Positions 39,020-52,822 of a DNA stretch of 64,000 nucleotides are shown here, piece after piece. A program made the position numbers and the translations under genes. The notes below the pieces were generated by a model, which was given only the letters and a program-made list of their open reading frames with translations, was not told the origin of the DNA and did no database searches. Each line of letters begins with the position of its first letter. Positions within the stretch are counted from its first letter, which is position 1. Origin of the DNA: Octopus vulgaris (Eukaryota). The stretch spans positions 188,480,001 to 188,544,000 of the forward strand of contig OX597815.1 of NCBI GenBank assembly GCA_951406725.2, read 5' to 3'.

Positions 39020-39388
39020 CAGAAGTGGTTGAAGAATTTCTATGAGTTCATCAGCCTCATTTTCTGGCCACCTCATACCCTGATTGTTATCCTGTAGATT
39101 ACTGTGTGGTGAAGTTGAGAAAGACACTAACTGCCTGCAACACCAAGGCCAAGCTTCAAGGAGGAGCTTGAAGATTTTCCCAGGGACACAGTAAGGAAAG
39201 TGTGCACAGGTTCCAGATCCATCTTGAGGTACATGGTGGAAATTGAGGGCAGCTACTTTGAGTAAACTTAGCTCCCAGCCATAATCTCACTGATATTTTT
39301 TGATTTCTTAAAATACCTTTATTTTTGGATGGGATATTATGTTTTTTTTTCCCCTTAATACAACGTGTCAAACTCAGCCCTCTGTGTG
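39020..39388 (+). pseudogene. DD37D/maT-like transposase C-terminal remnant
   Basis: FWPP..PDCYPVDYCV..EVEKDTN...RFQIHLE..VEIEGSYFE*, frameshifted. Confidence 0.6.
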
Positions 39389-40387
39389 TGTGTGTGTACA
39401 CACACAAAATAGTTGCAAAGATGCTTGTATAAGTATACAATAGATGAGCAGATTAGTAATAGGAAAATCCCAAACTCTTAAAATTCCAACTACCTAAGGA
39501 CAAAAATAATTCCACAGGACAATAGTTGGCTATAAGAACTTGAGTAACTTGAGTTTGTAATAAATAAAAAAATGAATTTGGACAAACATGCGTATGGCAT
39601 TATATCATTTATATAATATACAAAGGAGTGAGACAAAGCATGTGGGTAGAATACACAGGTTGGGGGGCAAGTAGAGCAATGATACAGTGGCACTGGGCCA
39701 AAAGGACAAGATTGGGGAGTGAGAGGTAATCATAGTACATTAAGCAGAAATATGAAGAAGAGAAGGGATGTAGAGACGTAGTTTGGTTCGTTGTGGTAGA
39801 GTGTGTGAGAAGTTTTCTTGTTGAGTGTGTGTAGGACGTACAGCACTTCTAGAACTCAGTTTTGCTGATGTGGGCAGTGAAAAACATCCGAGCATGAATT
39901 TAGGATGTCTCATTAAAATAGAATACTGCGTAAGATATGACTTTTTCCTTCAGTCATAACATAAACTTAGAACTGGTGTATATAGCAAAAGGTTAAAGTA
40001 GTAATTAATTATTAGATATAAAATATAAATTATTAACCAGACATGGCTGAGTAGTAAGAAGTCTACTTCCCAACCATATGTTTCTTATTTCAGTCCCACT
40101 GTGTGGTAGCTTGGGCATGTGCCTTCTACTATAGTCCTAGTGAGTGGATTTGGTAGATGGAAACTGAAAAGAATCCCATCATATACATATATCTCAAGTA
40201 ACACTGCAGAATTCCTGACGTAGATCCAGCAGAAATGTACACCAGCCATGGATGACACCAGGTAGCCCAAACTGTGAATGTGCTTTACTCAACTCGCTAA
40301 CTGTCACATACCCATTAGTCCAAAACATTACATACACACATACATATATACATACATACACACATACATACATACATACATACATAC

Positions 40388-40630
40388 ATCATCATCATCA
40401 TCATCATCATTTAGCGTCTGCTTTCCATGCTAGCATGGGTTGGATGGTTCAACTGGGGTCTGGGAAGCCAGAAGGCTGCACCAGGCCCAGTTGATCTGGC
40501 AGTGTTTCTACGGCTGGATGCCCTTCCTAACGCCAACCACTCCGTGAGTGTAGTGGGTGCTTTTTATGTGCCAAAAAAAAAAAAATCACCCACTACACTC
40601 ACGGAGTGGTTGGCGTTAGGAAGGCATCCA
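40388..40630 (-). mobile_element. family G SINE with a fold-back at its 5' end
   Basis: 40515-40559 is the reverse complement of 40587-40630 (one indel). Confidence 0.8.
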
Positions 40631-40924
40631 TATATATATATAAAAATGTAATTTAGATTCAGTTGAATTAGGTACTCAAATTGAGGTACCTTTTTAGGAC
40701 AAACTTATTTGTCCTCTCAGGTGAGTATCAAACTCTACATTGAATTTTTTTCCACCTGATATTCTTGCAGTGTATGCGGATGGCATGATCCAGCTTAGTG
40801 AATAAATCTGCTCTTGTTTGTTCAGACATGTACTTTGTATAAAGATACTTTACAAATATTTCCAAAGTACAGATACCAGAGTAGGGGAGTAAAATATAAA
40901 TATAAATGAGTGAAAGAAAAGAAA

Positions 40925-41206
40925 TGGATTTGGTAGACGGAATCTGAAAGAAGCTTGTCATACATATATATATGTGTGTGTGTGTATGTATGTATGTGTT
41001 TGTTGTTTGTGTCTGTGTTTGTCCCCACCACCATCACTTGACAACTGATGTTGGCGTGTTTATGTCCCCGTCACTAGCAGTTTGGCAAAAAGAGACCGAC
41101 AGAATAAGTACTAGGCTTACAAAGAATAAGTCTTGGGGTCGATTTATTTGACTAAAGGTGGTGCTCCAGAATGGCCGCATTCAAATGACTGAAACAAGTA
41201 AAAAAG
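40925..41206 (+). mobile_element. family C SINE, 3' part
   Basis: Body and tail match; an older variant tail lies at 41400-41605. Confidence 0.78.
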
Positions 41207-42419
41207 TAACAAAGACGTATAAGTAATGAATTGACACATACATCTTTGCTACTCAATTTTATTGTACATACATACATACATACATACATACATACATACA
41301 TACATACATACATACATACATACATACATGCATACATACATACATACAAACATACATACATACATACATATATATTTGTGTGTGCGTGTATATATGTGTC
41401 TTTGTGGTATCCCAGACTACCAGCTGACAACTGGTGTTGGTTTGTTTATATCCCTGTGACTTAACAGTTCTGCAACAGAGACAAATACAATAAGTATCAG
41501 GCTCTAAAAAAAGAAATCCTGGGATAGATCTGTTCAACTAAAACCCTTCAAGGTGGTGCCCCAGCATGGCCACAAACCATTGACTGAAACAAGTAGAAAA
41601 TGAAAGCTAAATATCTAAGAACATTAATATACTACTAAATCTTATAAACCAACAAAATGCATCATTATTATTTTGAAACGCTTTTCCAAGAATATTGGCA
41701 AAATGACAATTTTGTTTCTTTTTATTTCAAAATAGAGTATTTAATGTTAATAAAAGTTTCAAACTGATCCAAAGAGAATAATTTCCTGCTTATCCAAATA
41801 TATTTTAGAATAGTGTGTGAACAATGTCTCAAATGATCAATATGCTTGCCGCATGAGAAATAGGCGCCATCAAGTTAGAAATTTTAAATAATTAATTTCT
41901 CATGTTTTTAAGGGAACACTTGTTTACAAATTTGCTGCATTTAGTTTGAGATAACAATCATTCATATAAAGTATTTTCAATAACGACAAAACAAATCGAT
42001 GGTTTGGATTTCATATTGGAATAAAATATTGTTTTTTTTTACTGTGAAGTGATATATGAGCTTGTTATCCTTATCTTTGTCATAATATAGTAATAGTTTC
42101 TGATTTAGGCACAAGGCCAGTTATTTCACAGGAAAGGGTTCAGTCAATACCATACACCTCAGTATATAACTAGTACTTAATTTTATCAACCCCAGAGGCA
42201 TGAAAAGTAAAACTGGCTTTGGCAGAATTTGGATTTAGAATGGAAAGAGCTAGAATAAATACTTGCAAGATGCTTAGTGGCATGGTTTCTATGGTTGGCT
42301 GCCCTTCCTAATGCCAACCACTATGAGAGTGTAGCAGGGGATTTTACATGCTACTGGCACAGGTGCCATTTGCATGACACCATAATGCATTTATGTGCCA
42401 ATTTGCATGACTGCTATTT

Positions 42420-43078
42420 TGCTCAGCTTGATGGGTGTGACAAGGGGTATTCTTGATCTCTCGCTCAACTGTGCCCCCACACATAATAATCAAGGGGGTT
42501 GCAGTATGGGGTGTTAGGTGGCCAGATGTTAGGGGTGATGAGGTAGCAGAAATTGTCTAACAGCCATGACTAGGTTCTCCTGATTGTGTGGCATGGTGCA
42601 GAGTCCTGTTACCAGACACAGGGTCTTCTAGCAGCCACCCTCTTTACCCAGGGCAGCACTACTTCCTCCAGACACTTGATGTAGGCCTTGGTGTTGAGTC
42701 TGAGGCCACGTGGGAAGATGTATGGAAGCATAACATCCCCATCACTAGTGATCACTCCAAACAACATAATGTTGACCAGATATTTGATTTTTACCACTCT
42801 TGGTACATGTTTTTGGGGTCATGGCAAACACTCAGATTGACACTCAAACACTCTGAAATGTTCATAATGGAAATAATTCCAGCATGAATGCCAAGCAGTA
42901 CAGCAAGTCGTTTGCAAATTCTGGCAGAGTGAATTGCGTCATGGTGCTGTTTTTCTCATGGACAGTGCCCAACTGACCCTACTATATTGTGTTATCAACA
43001 AAATCAAATTAAAAACAAACAATGCATATGCATGAAATGAAAGGTATAAAATGGCGACAATTTACCAATTTCATCCTG
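42420..43078 (-). pseudogene. DD37D/maT (Tc1/mariner superfamily) transposase remnant with 5' TIR
   Basis: IMLFGVITSDG..PYIFPRGLRLN...W*QDSAPCH...IWPPNTPYCNPLDYYVWG; end tcatcctg+TA. Confidence 0.8.
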
Positions 43079-43344
43079 TATATATATTCATGTCTATCAT
43101 CATCATTATCGTTGTCATCATCATTGTCTTTTCCATGCTTGCATGGGTCAGGTGGAGCTTATTGAGCCAGATTTTTGTTATAGCCAGATGCCCTTCCTGT
43201 CACCAACCTGTACCTGTTTCCATGGAAGGTTATTTTTCTCCATGGACAGACAAACATGTTCTCACAGAATATTGAATATGAATGACAGTGCTTGTGGAAG
43301 CACTCATATTTATTTACAACTATCACATGATAACAAGACAAGGA

Positions 43345-43395
<51 letters not shown>

Positions 43396-44800
43396 GGTGG
43401 GATTCTTCCAGTTTCTGTGCATGCATATCTGTTTGTACAACAGGCCTCTACAGTTTCATATATGCTTAATACCTGTCTATGAAATTGCACTGACATGGCA
43501 TGTATCCTCAGGTTATCGATGATGATATCATCCTAAGATGCTGTGTAATAGGATTGAACCCTTAACCATATGATTACAAAGTGCACTTCTTAATTATATG
43601 GATATGTTCATCTATTATGAACAGGTTTATATTCGTAATTACTACCACAAATAAATATCACCTTTTGTTCTAAATTTATCAAAAATAGTTCGGTTGTCTT
43701 TTGGCTGTTGTGGAAGCTTATTTGATTAGTGACAAGTATATCTTAGGTTCATTCACAACAAGATGCAATGCAATCATCCAGAAAAAGATTCTAAAAGTAT
43801 GTATGAGTGGTACTTTGCAATTTAGCAAATGGTTTGGAAGCAACTTCTAATCAAATTGTATGCTATATTTGGAATATCTTCAGGAATGTCAAATTTTTCG
43901 ATAATGTATTACAGAATAATCAAAGCGAAACTCAACGACTTTATATGGAAATAATTACAAAATCTAATTTGAAGATATGAACTGCTGTCTTATTTACACT
44001 TGATTAATTGGCTTTCTGGTAACAATGAATAACAATTTCTCTTTCTTCTTAACATATAATATAGGAAATATCTGACTTATTTTCAATCCTTAACTATTGG
44101 TTTTAACTAAAAGTGTTTTACTTCTATGTAATTTAGCATGAAAGTATGAAATTTTATATATTTTATAAAATGACTTGAGTTACGTATGAATTAATATGAA
44201 AATAGCTTGTTATAAAAAAAACAAACTATTTTGACATATTTGAACAAAAACTGATTGACGTTGAATATATTCTACATCAAAACCAAAGAAAATTTTCAGA
44301 TATCAGAACTTCAAAAATGGTAATACTTTCTTTTTTCTTTTTTTTTTCCCAGCATGAATGAATCATCGAAGAAGAATTTGAACTTATTTTTCTAATTTGC
44401 ATTATTGAAATTGATCTCACTCTTCTACTTTGTATTATTATCATTCAACATAAAAAAAGGAAACAAAAGAGAAAAAAAAAAGAAACAAACAAAAATAAGA
44501 AACAAAAAACTGAAAATTCTCTTTTGCTTGTATAAATCAGCAAAATGAAGGAGAATATATGTTAGAAATGGCTCAAGTAATAAAGGAATAAATCAAATAT
44601 GTTTAGACAGAATTTTATATATTTATATATGATTGAAATTTTATTAGATGATGCTTCTTTTATTCATGACTTCTTACCTTCACTTTATTTATTAAATTTA
44701 TTTCTGGACACTAATTAGAACAAACTCATGCATGACTAGTTTTGGTTTACATTGAATGCATTTTTAGACAGAAGAGAAAATTCAACAACCCTCACCCATT

Positions 44801-45504
44801 TTAACCCTTTTGTTACTGTATTTTTTTTTTTAGATGTTCTGTGATTCTTTCAATTACTTTAAAATATAACAAAGAATTTAGTAAAATAACTTAGTTATCA
44901 TTCAGCTAGTGTTAGGAATATAAACTGTGACTAAGGTTTGGTGGAAGATTTTAATTCAAAACTTATGAAAACAAGACATTTGTACTCAGAGCCAGAGCCA
45001 GTTTCAGCCAGGTTGATATCAAAAGGGTTAAATTTATCCTTTGTTAACCCTTTTATTACCATATTTATTTTGAGAAGTTCTGTGTTTCTTTCAATTAATT
45101 TTAAATATAACAAAGAATTTAGTAAAATGACTTGGTTATCATTAAGCTAGTGTTAGGAACATAAATTGTGACTAAATTTTGGTGGAAGATTTTAATTCAA
45201 AACTTATGTAAACAAGACATTTGTACTAAAGAGTTTCAGGTAGTTGGTATCAAAAGGGTTAAATTAATCATTTGTTAACCCTTTTGTAACCATATTTCTG
45301 TTGAGATGCTCTGTGTTCCTTTCAATTAATTTCAAATATAACAAAAGAATTTAGTAAAGTAACTTAGTTATCATTAAGCTAGTGTTAGGAATATAAATTG
45401 TGACTAAGGTTTGGTGGAAGATTTTAATTCAGAACTTATGAAAACAAGACATTTGTACTCAGAGCCAGAGCTGGTTTCAGACGGGTTGGTAACGAAAGGA
45501 TTAA
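44801..45504. mobile_element. three tandem TTAA-flanked piggyBac-like MITEs (family P1)
   Basis: TTAAccctttt...aaagggTTAA units at 44801-45031, 45044-45262 and 45275-45504; solo copy at 52457-52686. Confidence 0.85.
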
Positions 45505-45887
45505 AACCTCCAGCATTGATATAAGAAAGGAAAAATGCTATCCTCAGATTGGTGACTTGGCTGAAATACTTGCAACAGAAAGGAATCTGTTATATGCACT
45601 CCAGGGCCAAGTGGCAGTGATAAACAATTTGCCTAATGTTTCAGTGATATTTATACCTAAATCATTTGCTTTGCCCTTGGTCTGATACATAACTTAACAC
45701 TGACATAATTTTGTTGTAACTATAATTTCAAAATTTTACTGATCATGGAATATTGTTTAATGATGTATAGAGGCATCTGAGATTTTCTACTGTTGTGAAT
45801 TTTTGCATCTTGAAAAAAAAAAAGTATTTTGTATGAGTTGTAAAAATATTTTATTAAATTTTTTTGTTTTGATTTAAAAAAAGTTTT

Positions 45888-46012
45888 GTATATATGAATA
45901 TGTATATGAATATGTATATACATATATTATATGAATATGAATGTGTGCATGTCTATATATATATATATACGTATTAAACTATATATATATCATATATATA
46001 TACGTATTAAAC

Positions 46013-46053
<41 letters not shown>

Positions 46054-46263
46054 GTATTAAACATATATATATATATGTATATATATATGTGTATAATATT
46101 ATATATGTATATATATATGTATAATATATATATATATGTATAATATATATATATATTTGTGCTTAATATGTATATATGTGTGTGTTTAATATATATATGT
46201 CTAATATATATGTTTAACATGTTGTGTATATATATATATATATATATAACATAACATATATGT

Positions 46264-46313
<50 letters not shown>

Positions 46314-46433
46314 ACATGTTAAACATATATATTAGACATATATATATATATTAAACACACACATATATACATATTAAGCACATATATATATATATATTAA
46401 ACATATATATATATATGTATATATATTAAACAT

Positions 46434-46483
<50 letters not shown>

Positions 46484-46487
46484 GTAT
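45888..46487. repeat. TA-rich compound microsatellite containing a long inverted repeat (46158-46382)
   Basis: direct. Confidence 0.9.
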
Positions 46488-47543
46488 AGCAAAGAGAATG
46501 TAACTGGATTTAAGTCAACAGTTATTTTTATTTCTTACCTGTTTGTATTGAAAGCTATCACTATAATAACATACTTGCCAGTTTAATTCCTGTAAATACT
46601 TTGTTTTGTGTCATTGAACATATAATATTCTACAGGATGTGAATGACATCGTTCAATACAAGATGCTAGAAAATGGGTGACAGTTTGGTTGTTTGCCTAT
46701 ATGATTATGGTTATCGCAAAAAAAAAAAAAAAGAGAAAATAGGAAAAAAAACCCTCAGTTATAAAATCTGTGCAGTAAGCACTTAGAAATGTCTAAAATT
46801 ATAAACCCATCCATCCAACCAAAAACTGTAAGAAAAATATGCTGCTCTTTCACATCCCTATAGGAAATAGAGAAATGAAGTCCAAATTAAATTGTCATTT
46901 ATTGACTTAGATGATTGATCACTGAAAATTGCTTAAATTTTTTGATTTATGAAGTAGTTTCAGTTGGAGTTGAAATATGTAATTTATATTTTATGAATCA
47001 AAAAGTATGTTGTGTTAAAAAAAAGGACATGCAACTTATTAATAGTACCATCTTGTTCTTTTTACTTCATACAATTTGGACCAATAAAAAAAACCCCAAA
47101 GCAGTTGCTTGATCTGTTTGAAATAGCAGCTGTATATCAGTTCAGATCACATTAAACCTAAAAATCAAAGTATTCTAGTCATAACTATACCATCTTATTT
47201 TTAGATAATACTGGCAGAAATACCCAGCATTGGGCTGGGTTAAAGAAAATAATGAAATTCAAAAATGCCTTTTAGATCTCTCACTAACATGAAACAGCCT
47301 ACGCAGGTCTTACCCCCTAGTAGCTGAGATATCAACTTTATATGTTAATAACCTGATGTTTCCCAGGTTATTGGAAATAATGAAATTTAATTATATAATA
47401 TTTTCAGTAACTATATTTTTTGTCCTTTCGTTTTTTTAAGATGCTAAGCTGTTGCTTATTGGTTGATATTTCTAGCAGATCAAGAATTGGTATTTTTCAA
47501 TGTTGTTATTATTTTTATTATTATTATTATTATAATTATTATG

Positions 47544-47603
<60 letters not shown>

Positions 47604-48066
47604 GAAATGAGAGCACTGCATGCATCAAAGTGACACTTATAACTACCCGTCTGATAAGGGTACACCAGGTACATGCATCACAACCATATGTGCGCGACAT
47701 GGTGATCTCATATCAAGATAAACAGCACATGACCTTGCGGGTGGGGCCCAGTTAGAATTTTCTTCAGGTACCCATGTTTCCTGAGGTGAATTATTCAAAC
47801 CCCAAAGAATCCCTCTCAACACATGGCTATGATGCTCCCCCCACTACTTCTGCTCGTGATCAGAGATGCACATATCGTCAGCCACTAAGGGAAATGCTCA
47901 ACTGGTTAAGGTCAAACAACTGACAAGCAAATCTGTGGTGTTGAGCAGAATATTTGCTGTAGCCCATCTTTTATACCAAGACAAAACAATGTACATGATA
48001 ACACTTCCAATCAGTTAAGATCAGAAGCCATGAGAGCCACTGCCTGGTACTGCATCAGGGCATTTA
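47604..48066 (-). mobile_element. family F element between (TTA)n arrays, with internal deletions
   Basis: Match to 23138-23691. Confidence 0.8.
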
Positions 48067-48132
48067 TACTGCATCATTATTATTATTATTATTATCATTA
48101 TTATGATGATTATTATTATTATTATTATTATG

Positions 48133-48189
<57 letters not shown>

Positions 48190-48225
48190 ATTATAATTAT
48201 CATTATTATTATTATTGTTATTATT

Positions 48226-48662
48226 GAATGAGAGAGCAGTGCATGCCATCAAAGTGACACTGGGGTAAAATATACGAAGCCCAGTATACCCATCATGACT
48301 ACCCGTCTGATAAGGGTACACCAGGCACATGCATCACAACCATATGTGCACAACATGGTAATCTCATATCAAGATAAACAGCACATGACCTTGCAGGTGG
48401 GGCCCAGTTAGTATTTTCTTCTGGTTGAGTAGCCCATCCTGCTCAAAAGATTCCTGAATAAGGGTTGTTTGAGGATGTTGAATGAAACACCCATGTTTCC
48501 AGAGGTGAATTATTCAAACCCCGAATAATCCCTCCCAACACATGCTCCCCCACTACTTCTGCTCGTGATCAGAGATGCACATATAGTCAGCCGCTAAGGG
48601 ACATGCTCAACTGGTTAAGGTCAAACAATTGACAAGCAAACCTGTGGTATTGAGCAGAATAT
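48226..48662 (-). mobile_element. family F element, truncated at the right end, between (TTA)n arrays
   Basis: Match to 23138-23691. Confidence 0.8.
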
Positions 48663-48717
48663 TATTATTATAATTATTATTATTATTATTATTATTATCA
48701 TTATTATTATTATTATA

Positions 48718-49082
48718 CACCCTGTCACTGAGCTCTCCTCACTCAAGAGTTTCTCTCCCAAAATAATGCGGTATCATTTCCTCACCTGCCCTATTTGCCA
48801 GATTTAGCACCTGCAGACTTCCATCTCTTCCACAAGAGGAAAATGCAGCTCAAAGGTCACTGTTTTAACACTGTTGTCAAGATCCAGGGTGAATCCCAGA
48901 AGGTCCTCAACTTGGACATGGGAAACGACTTCCAGGCCAGATTCCAAAAGTGGCAAGAATGCTGGGACCAGTGTGTTACTGTGCAAGGTGACTATTTCGA
49001 AGAAGATGATGTTAAAACTTAGGTAAACAAGTTGTTTTTTTATCAAACATAACTAGTCCTGGAACTTTTTGATACCATCTCG
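48718..49082 (+). pseudogene. mariner transposase C-terminal remnant with 3' TIR
   Basis: PHLPYLPDLAPADFHLF..K.QLKG..F...FQKWQECWDQCV..QGDYFE; end ggaactttttgataccatctcg+TA. Confidence 0.85.
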
Positions 49083-50459
49083 TATGTATATTTGTCTATC
49101 TATATATCTACACACACACAAACATATATACATATATACATGCACATACATATATATGTATACATATATTTATATTGTTATTAGTTTAGTCTCTTTTTTA
49201 AATGATGTATTAATCAATTTAATATCCTGTTCTCAAAACTTTGCAATTTAGATCAAATCTATTTGTTAAGTCAAATATTTTATTGATTTCATACATTTTC
49301 TATACCTACTGCCAAGCACTCAAATATTCTCTTTTCTTCATGAATTATTCATTATCGTATTTGTTATGTCCATTACCAATATAGTAAAAATAAGTGTGTC
49401 AGCTTTTTAATTCTCTATGCATTAAATATGTTAACACTAGCTTACCTCTTGTTTTCCATGCAGATGGCGTCTTTCAATTAACCAATTTCTAAACAATCCT
49501 GTCTGTTCATATATTAGTATTTTTTTTCACTGATTTCTAGTAATGAACTCTATCTTAGTGTCTAAAAATTCAAGATAAAATTATATCCTATCAATAACTT
49601 TAAATAGTATATTGAAAGTCAGGCTCATTATTTGTTGTGTGTTTTTTTTTTTGTTTTCTATGACCATTTTTTTTCTTCTTAATCTACATTTTACTCTGTG
49701 ATTCTTTATCAAAACAACTTTCGATATTTTCTCTTCTAATATTTATCTACTTTTCTTTTCAAACACATCTCCATTAAATCATTCATTCCAGAATTCCCAA
49801 ATGAGTTTCCAGTTTCACCAACTTGTCCTGTCCTTTTCATAATTTCTAATTGCATTCAGCTTCCTTCTCACCATTCAATAAATATCTAGCATTTTTATTG
49901 TTGGCATCAAGTGATAAATATCTGAATAACAATGAATAAAACTTTGGAGGTGAGAATTAGATCAACCACTCACTGGTTCAATGCTTTATCTATTAAACTA
50001 CCATTAGACAGCACCATGCTATTGTAATATACATATATTATTATGGAAAGAGAACATATTACTGTGGTGTACCTAACTTTAATCTGCCACATAGAGTGAA
50101 GTTCTTTCATATGAGAAACTAGCCTGGCTAGATAATTTCATTAGCCACTGGAAAAATCCCATATCTATATTGCATTCACCACCTACTATTTTCTTTTGTT
50201 CTATTTTCTTTTACTTTGTTATATTTCTTTTATAATTAATCTCTGTTGAAACTGTTATGAAATAATTACCATCTCGGCATCCTTAACTGAGAAGGAGATT
50301 GCTTAGTGGTAGGTAGAATGTTGCAGTAAATATGTAGTAAATAGTTTAGTCATTATATTTCTCGTTTTGAATGTTATCGTGTTGGTTCATGTTTCAGCTC
50401 TCTGATACACATATACAAGTAACGAGAACCCACTCGCAGAATCTTCTGTGATTATATAT

Positions 50460-50843
50460 AGGCGCGGGAGTGGCTGTGTGGTAAGTAGCCTGCTTACCAA
50501 CCACATGGTTCCGGGTTCAGTCCCACTGCGTGGCACCTTGGGCAAGTGTCTTCTACTATAGCTTCGGGCCGACCAAAGCCTTGTGAGTGGATTTGGTAAA
50601 CGGAAACTGAAAGAAGCCCGTCGTATATATATATATACGCGTATGTGTGTTTGTGTGTCTGTGTTTGTCCCCCTAGCATTGCTTGACAACCGATGCTGGT
50701 GTGTTTATGTCCCTGTTACTTAGTGGTTCGGCAAAAGAGACCGATAGAATAAGTACTGGGCTTACAAAAGAATAAGTCCTGGGGTCGAGTTGCTCGATTA
50801 AAGGCGGTTCTCCAGCATGGCCGCAGTCAAATGACTGAAACAA
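50460..50843 (+). mobile_element. family C SINE (young-looking)
   Basis: Full length, CpG retained. Confidence 0.88.
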
Positions 50844-50947
50844 GTAAAAGAGTAAAGAGTAAGTAATATTAGTATTCTAACATTAATTAAAGAGGATAGT
50901 CAACAACTATAACAAAACGAAGTTGGTTCTATTATTCTATTATTCTA

Positions 50948-51340
50948 TTACTTGTTTCAGTCATTTGACTGTGGCCATGCTGGAGCACCGCCTTTAGTCG
51001 AGCAAATCGACCCCAGGACTTATTCTTTGCAAGCCTAGTACTTATTCTATCGGTCTCTTTTGCTGAACCGCTAAGTTACGGGGACATCAACACACCAGCA
51101 TCGGTTGTCCAGCGATGTTAGGTGGGGGGTACAAACACACACACACACACACACATACGTATATATACATATATGCAACAGGCTCCTTTCAGTTTCCATC
51201 GGTGAAATCCACTCACAAGGCTGTGGTCAGCCCGAGGCTACAGTAGAAAATACTTGCCCAAGGTGCCATGCAGTGGGACTGAACCAAGAACCATGTCGTT
51301 GGTAAGCAAGCTACTTACCACACAGCCACTCCTATGCCTA
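50948..51340 (-). mobile_element. family C SINE
   Basis: Full length, inverted relative to 50460-50843. Confidence 0.88.
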
Positions 51341-51601
51341 TAATATTAGTTGATAATAAACTAATTAAAATATCTACCACCAATATATTTCCTGTAACAT
51401 AACTTAGGGGAAAATGTGTGAAAATGATACTCCACTTTAATAGCAGACAAACTATCATTTTCCATGAAATTTTTAATGTTTTTGTCCTGTTAAGTTACAC
51501 CTTTGAGAAGGTTGTGTACATACAAGCATAAGCATGTTGTTAAAAGTTTACTCCTCTTCCATATATTGTCATATTTCATCCCATTACATAGTGCCTTTGT
51601 A

Positions 51602-51853
51602 GAGGCGTGTGGCTTAGAGGTTAGGGTGTCAGTACCATGATTGTAAGATTGTGGTTTCGATTCCTGGACCGGGCACTGCATTGTGCTCTTCAACAAAACA
51701 CTTTATTTCACACTGCTCCAGTCCACTGAGCTGGCAAAAATGAGTAACGCTGCAATGGACTGGCATCCCATCCAGCTGGGGAACACATACGCCATAGAAA
51801 CTGGGAAACCGGGCCCATGAGCCTGGCTAGGCTTTAAAAGGGCGCATTTATTT
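51602..51853 (+). mobile_element. tRNA-derived SINE, head B + tail X
   Basis: ggcgtgtggcttagaggttaggg..ggtttcgattcc; tail shared with 19395-19500. Confidence 0.8.
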
Positions 51854-51914
51854 ACATGGTGCCTTCAGCAAATGTCTTATTTTGTATCCTCAGATGTCTA
51901 ATGTCTTGTGAGTG

Positions 51915-52109
51915 AAAACAGGAAGAGAGAGTGAGAGAGAATTGGGGTGAAAGAGTACAGCAGGGGTCACGATCTCCCCCTGCCAGAGCCTTGTGGAGTT
52001 TTAAGGTGTTTTCGCTCAATAAACACACAGAACACTCGGTCTGGGAATTGAAACTGCGATCCTCTGACTGTGAGTCTGCTGCCCTAACCACTGGGCCATT
52101 GCACCTCCA
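51915..52109 (-). mobile_element. family A SINE, head and body
   Basis: Match to 62695-62885. Confidence 0.8.
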
Positions 52110-52134
52110 AATATAATCATTTATGCAATATTAC

Positions 52135-52822
52135 CATTAAAGGACAAAGATGAAACTCTAGAAAAATATAAATCTAATCAACCGAAGTATTAAATTAATG
52201 GACCAAGTTATGAAAACAACAAAAAGAACCTTAGCACTGTTGATAAAGGAAAGAATCGACTGAGATGAAATGCAATCCCAGGCTGGGGTACCACTGATGC
52301 TTTTTTTTGTTTTAGTAAGACAACTGTAAGGGAAGTGCCCAGCCTCTCTACCTAGTGTTTATTGACTCAGGGAAGGCATTTGATAGAATAACACAGTTTA
52401 TAGTTTGATTGTCACTGAAAAAAAGCAGGAGTTGAAGAATGGCTGGAGGAAGCTGTTTAACTCTTTTGTTACAGTATTTCTGTTGAGATGCTTTGTGTTT
52501 CTTTCAATTGAACTTAAATATAACAAAGAATTTAGTAAAATAACTTAGTTACCATTAAGCTGGTGTTAGGAACATAAATTGTGACTAAGGTTTGGTGGAA
52601 GATTTTAATTCAGAACTTATAAAAACAAGACATTTGTGCCACAGAGCCAGAGGTAGTTTCAGTCAGTTTGGTATCAAAAGGGTTAAGCCATGTACAGAGA
52701 GGCAGTCAGCAAAATAAGGGTTGGAAATGGGTTCAGTGAAGAATATGGAATGCAAGTAGGTGTCCTTCGGGGCTTGATTCTCCAATTCATTATAGTCCAC
52801 CAGGCTATAACAGAGGAGCTTA
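52135..52822 (+). pseudogene. RTE-clade LINE reverse transcriptase remnant, interrupted by a P1 MITE (52457-52686)
   Basis: IKLMDQVMK..DEMQ..GTTDA..LYLVFIDSGKAFDR..GVEEWL | AMYREAVSKIRVGNGFSEEYGMQVGV. Confidence 0.8.

Noticed and set aside
49446-49488. Possible 43-nt minus-strand exon (tttag|...GAG|gtaag; NWLIERRHLHGKQE)
   Set aside because: Weak polypyrimidine tract, no recognisable homology and no linked exons; needs RNA-seq
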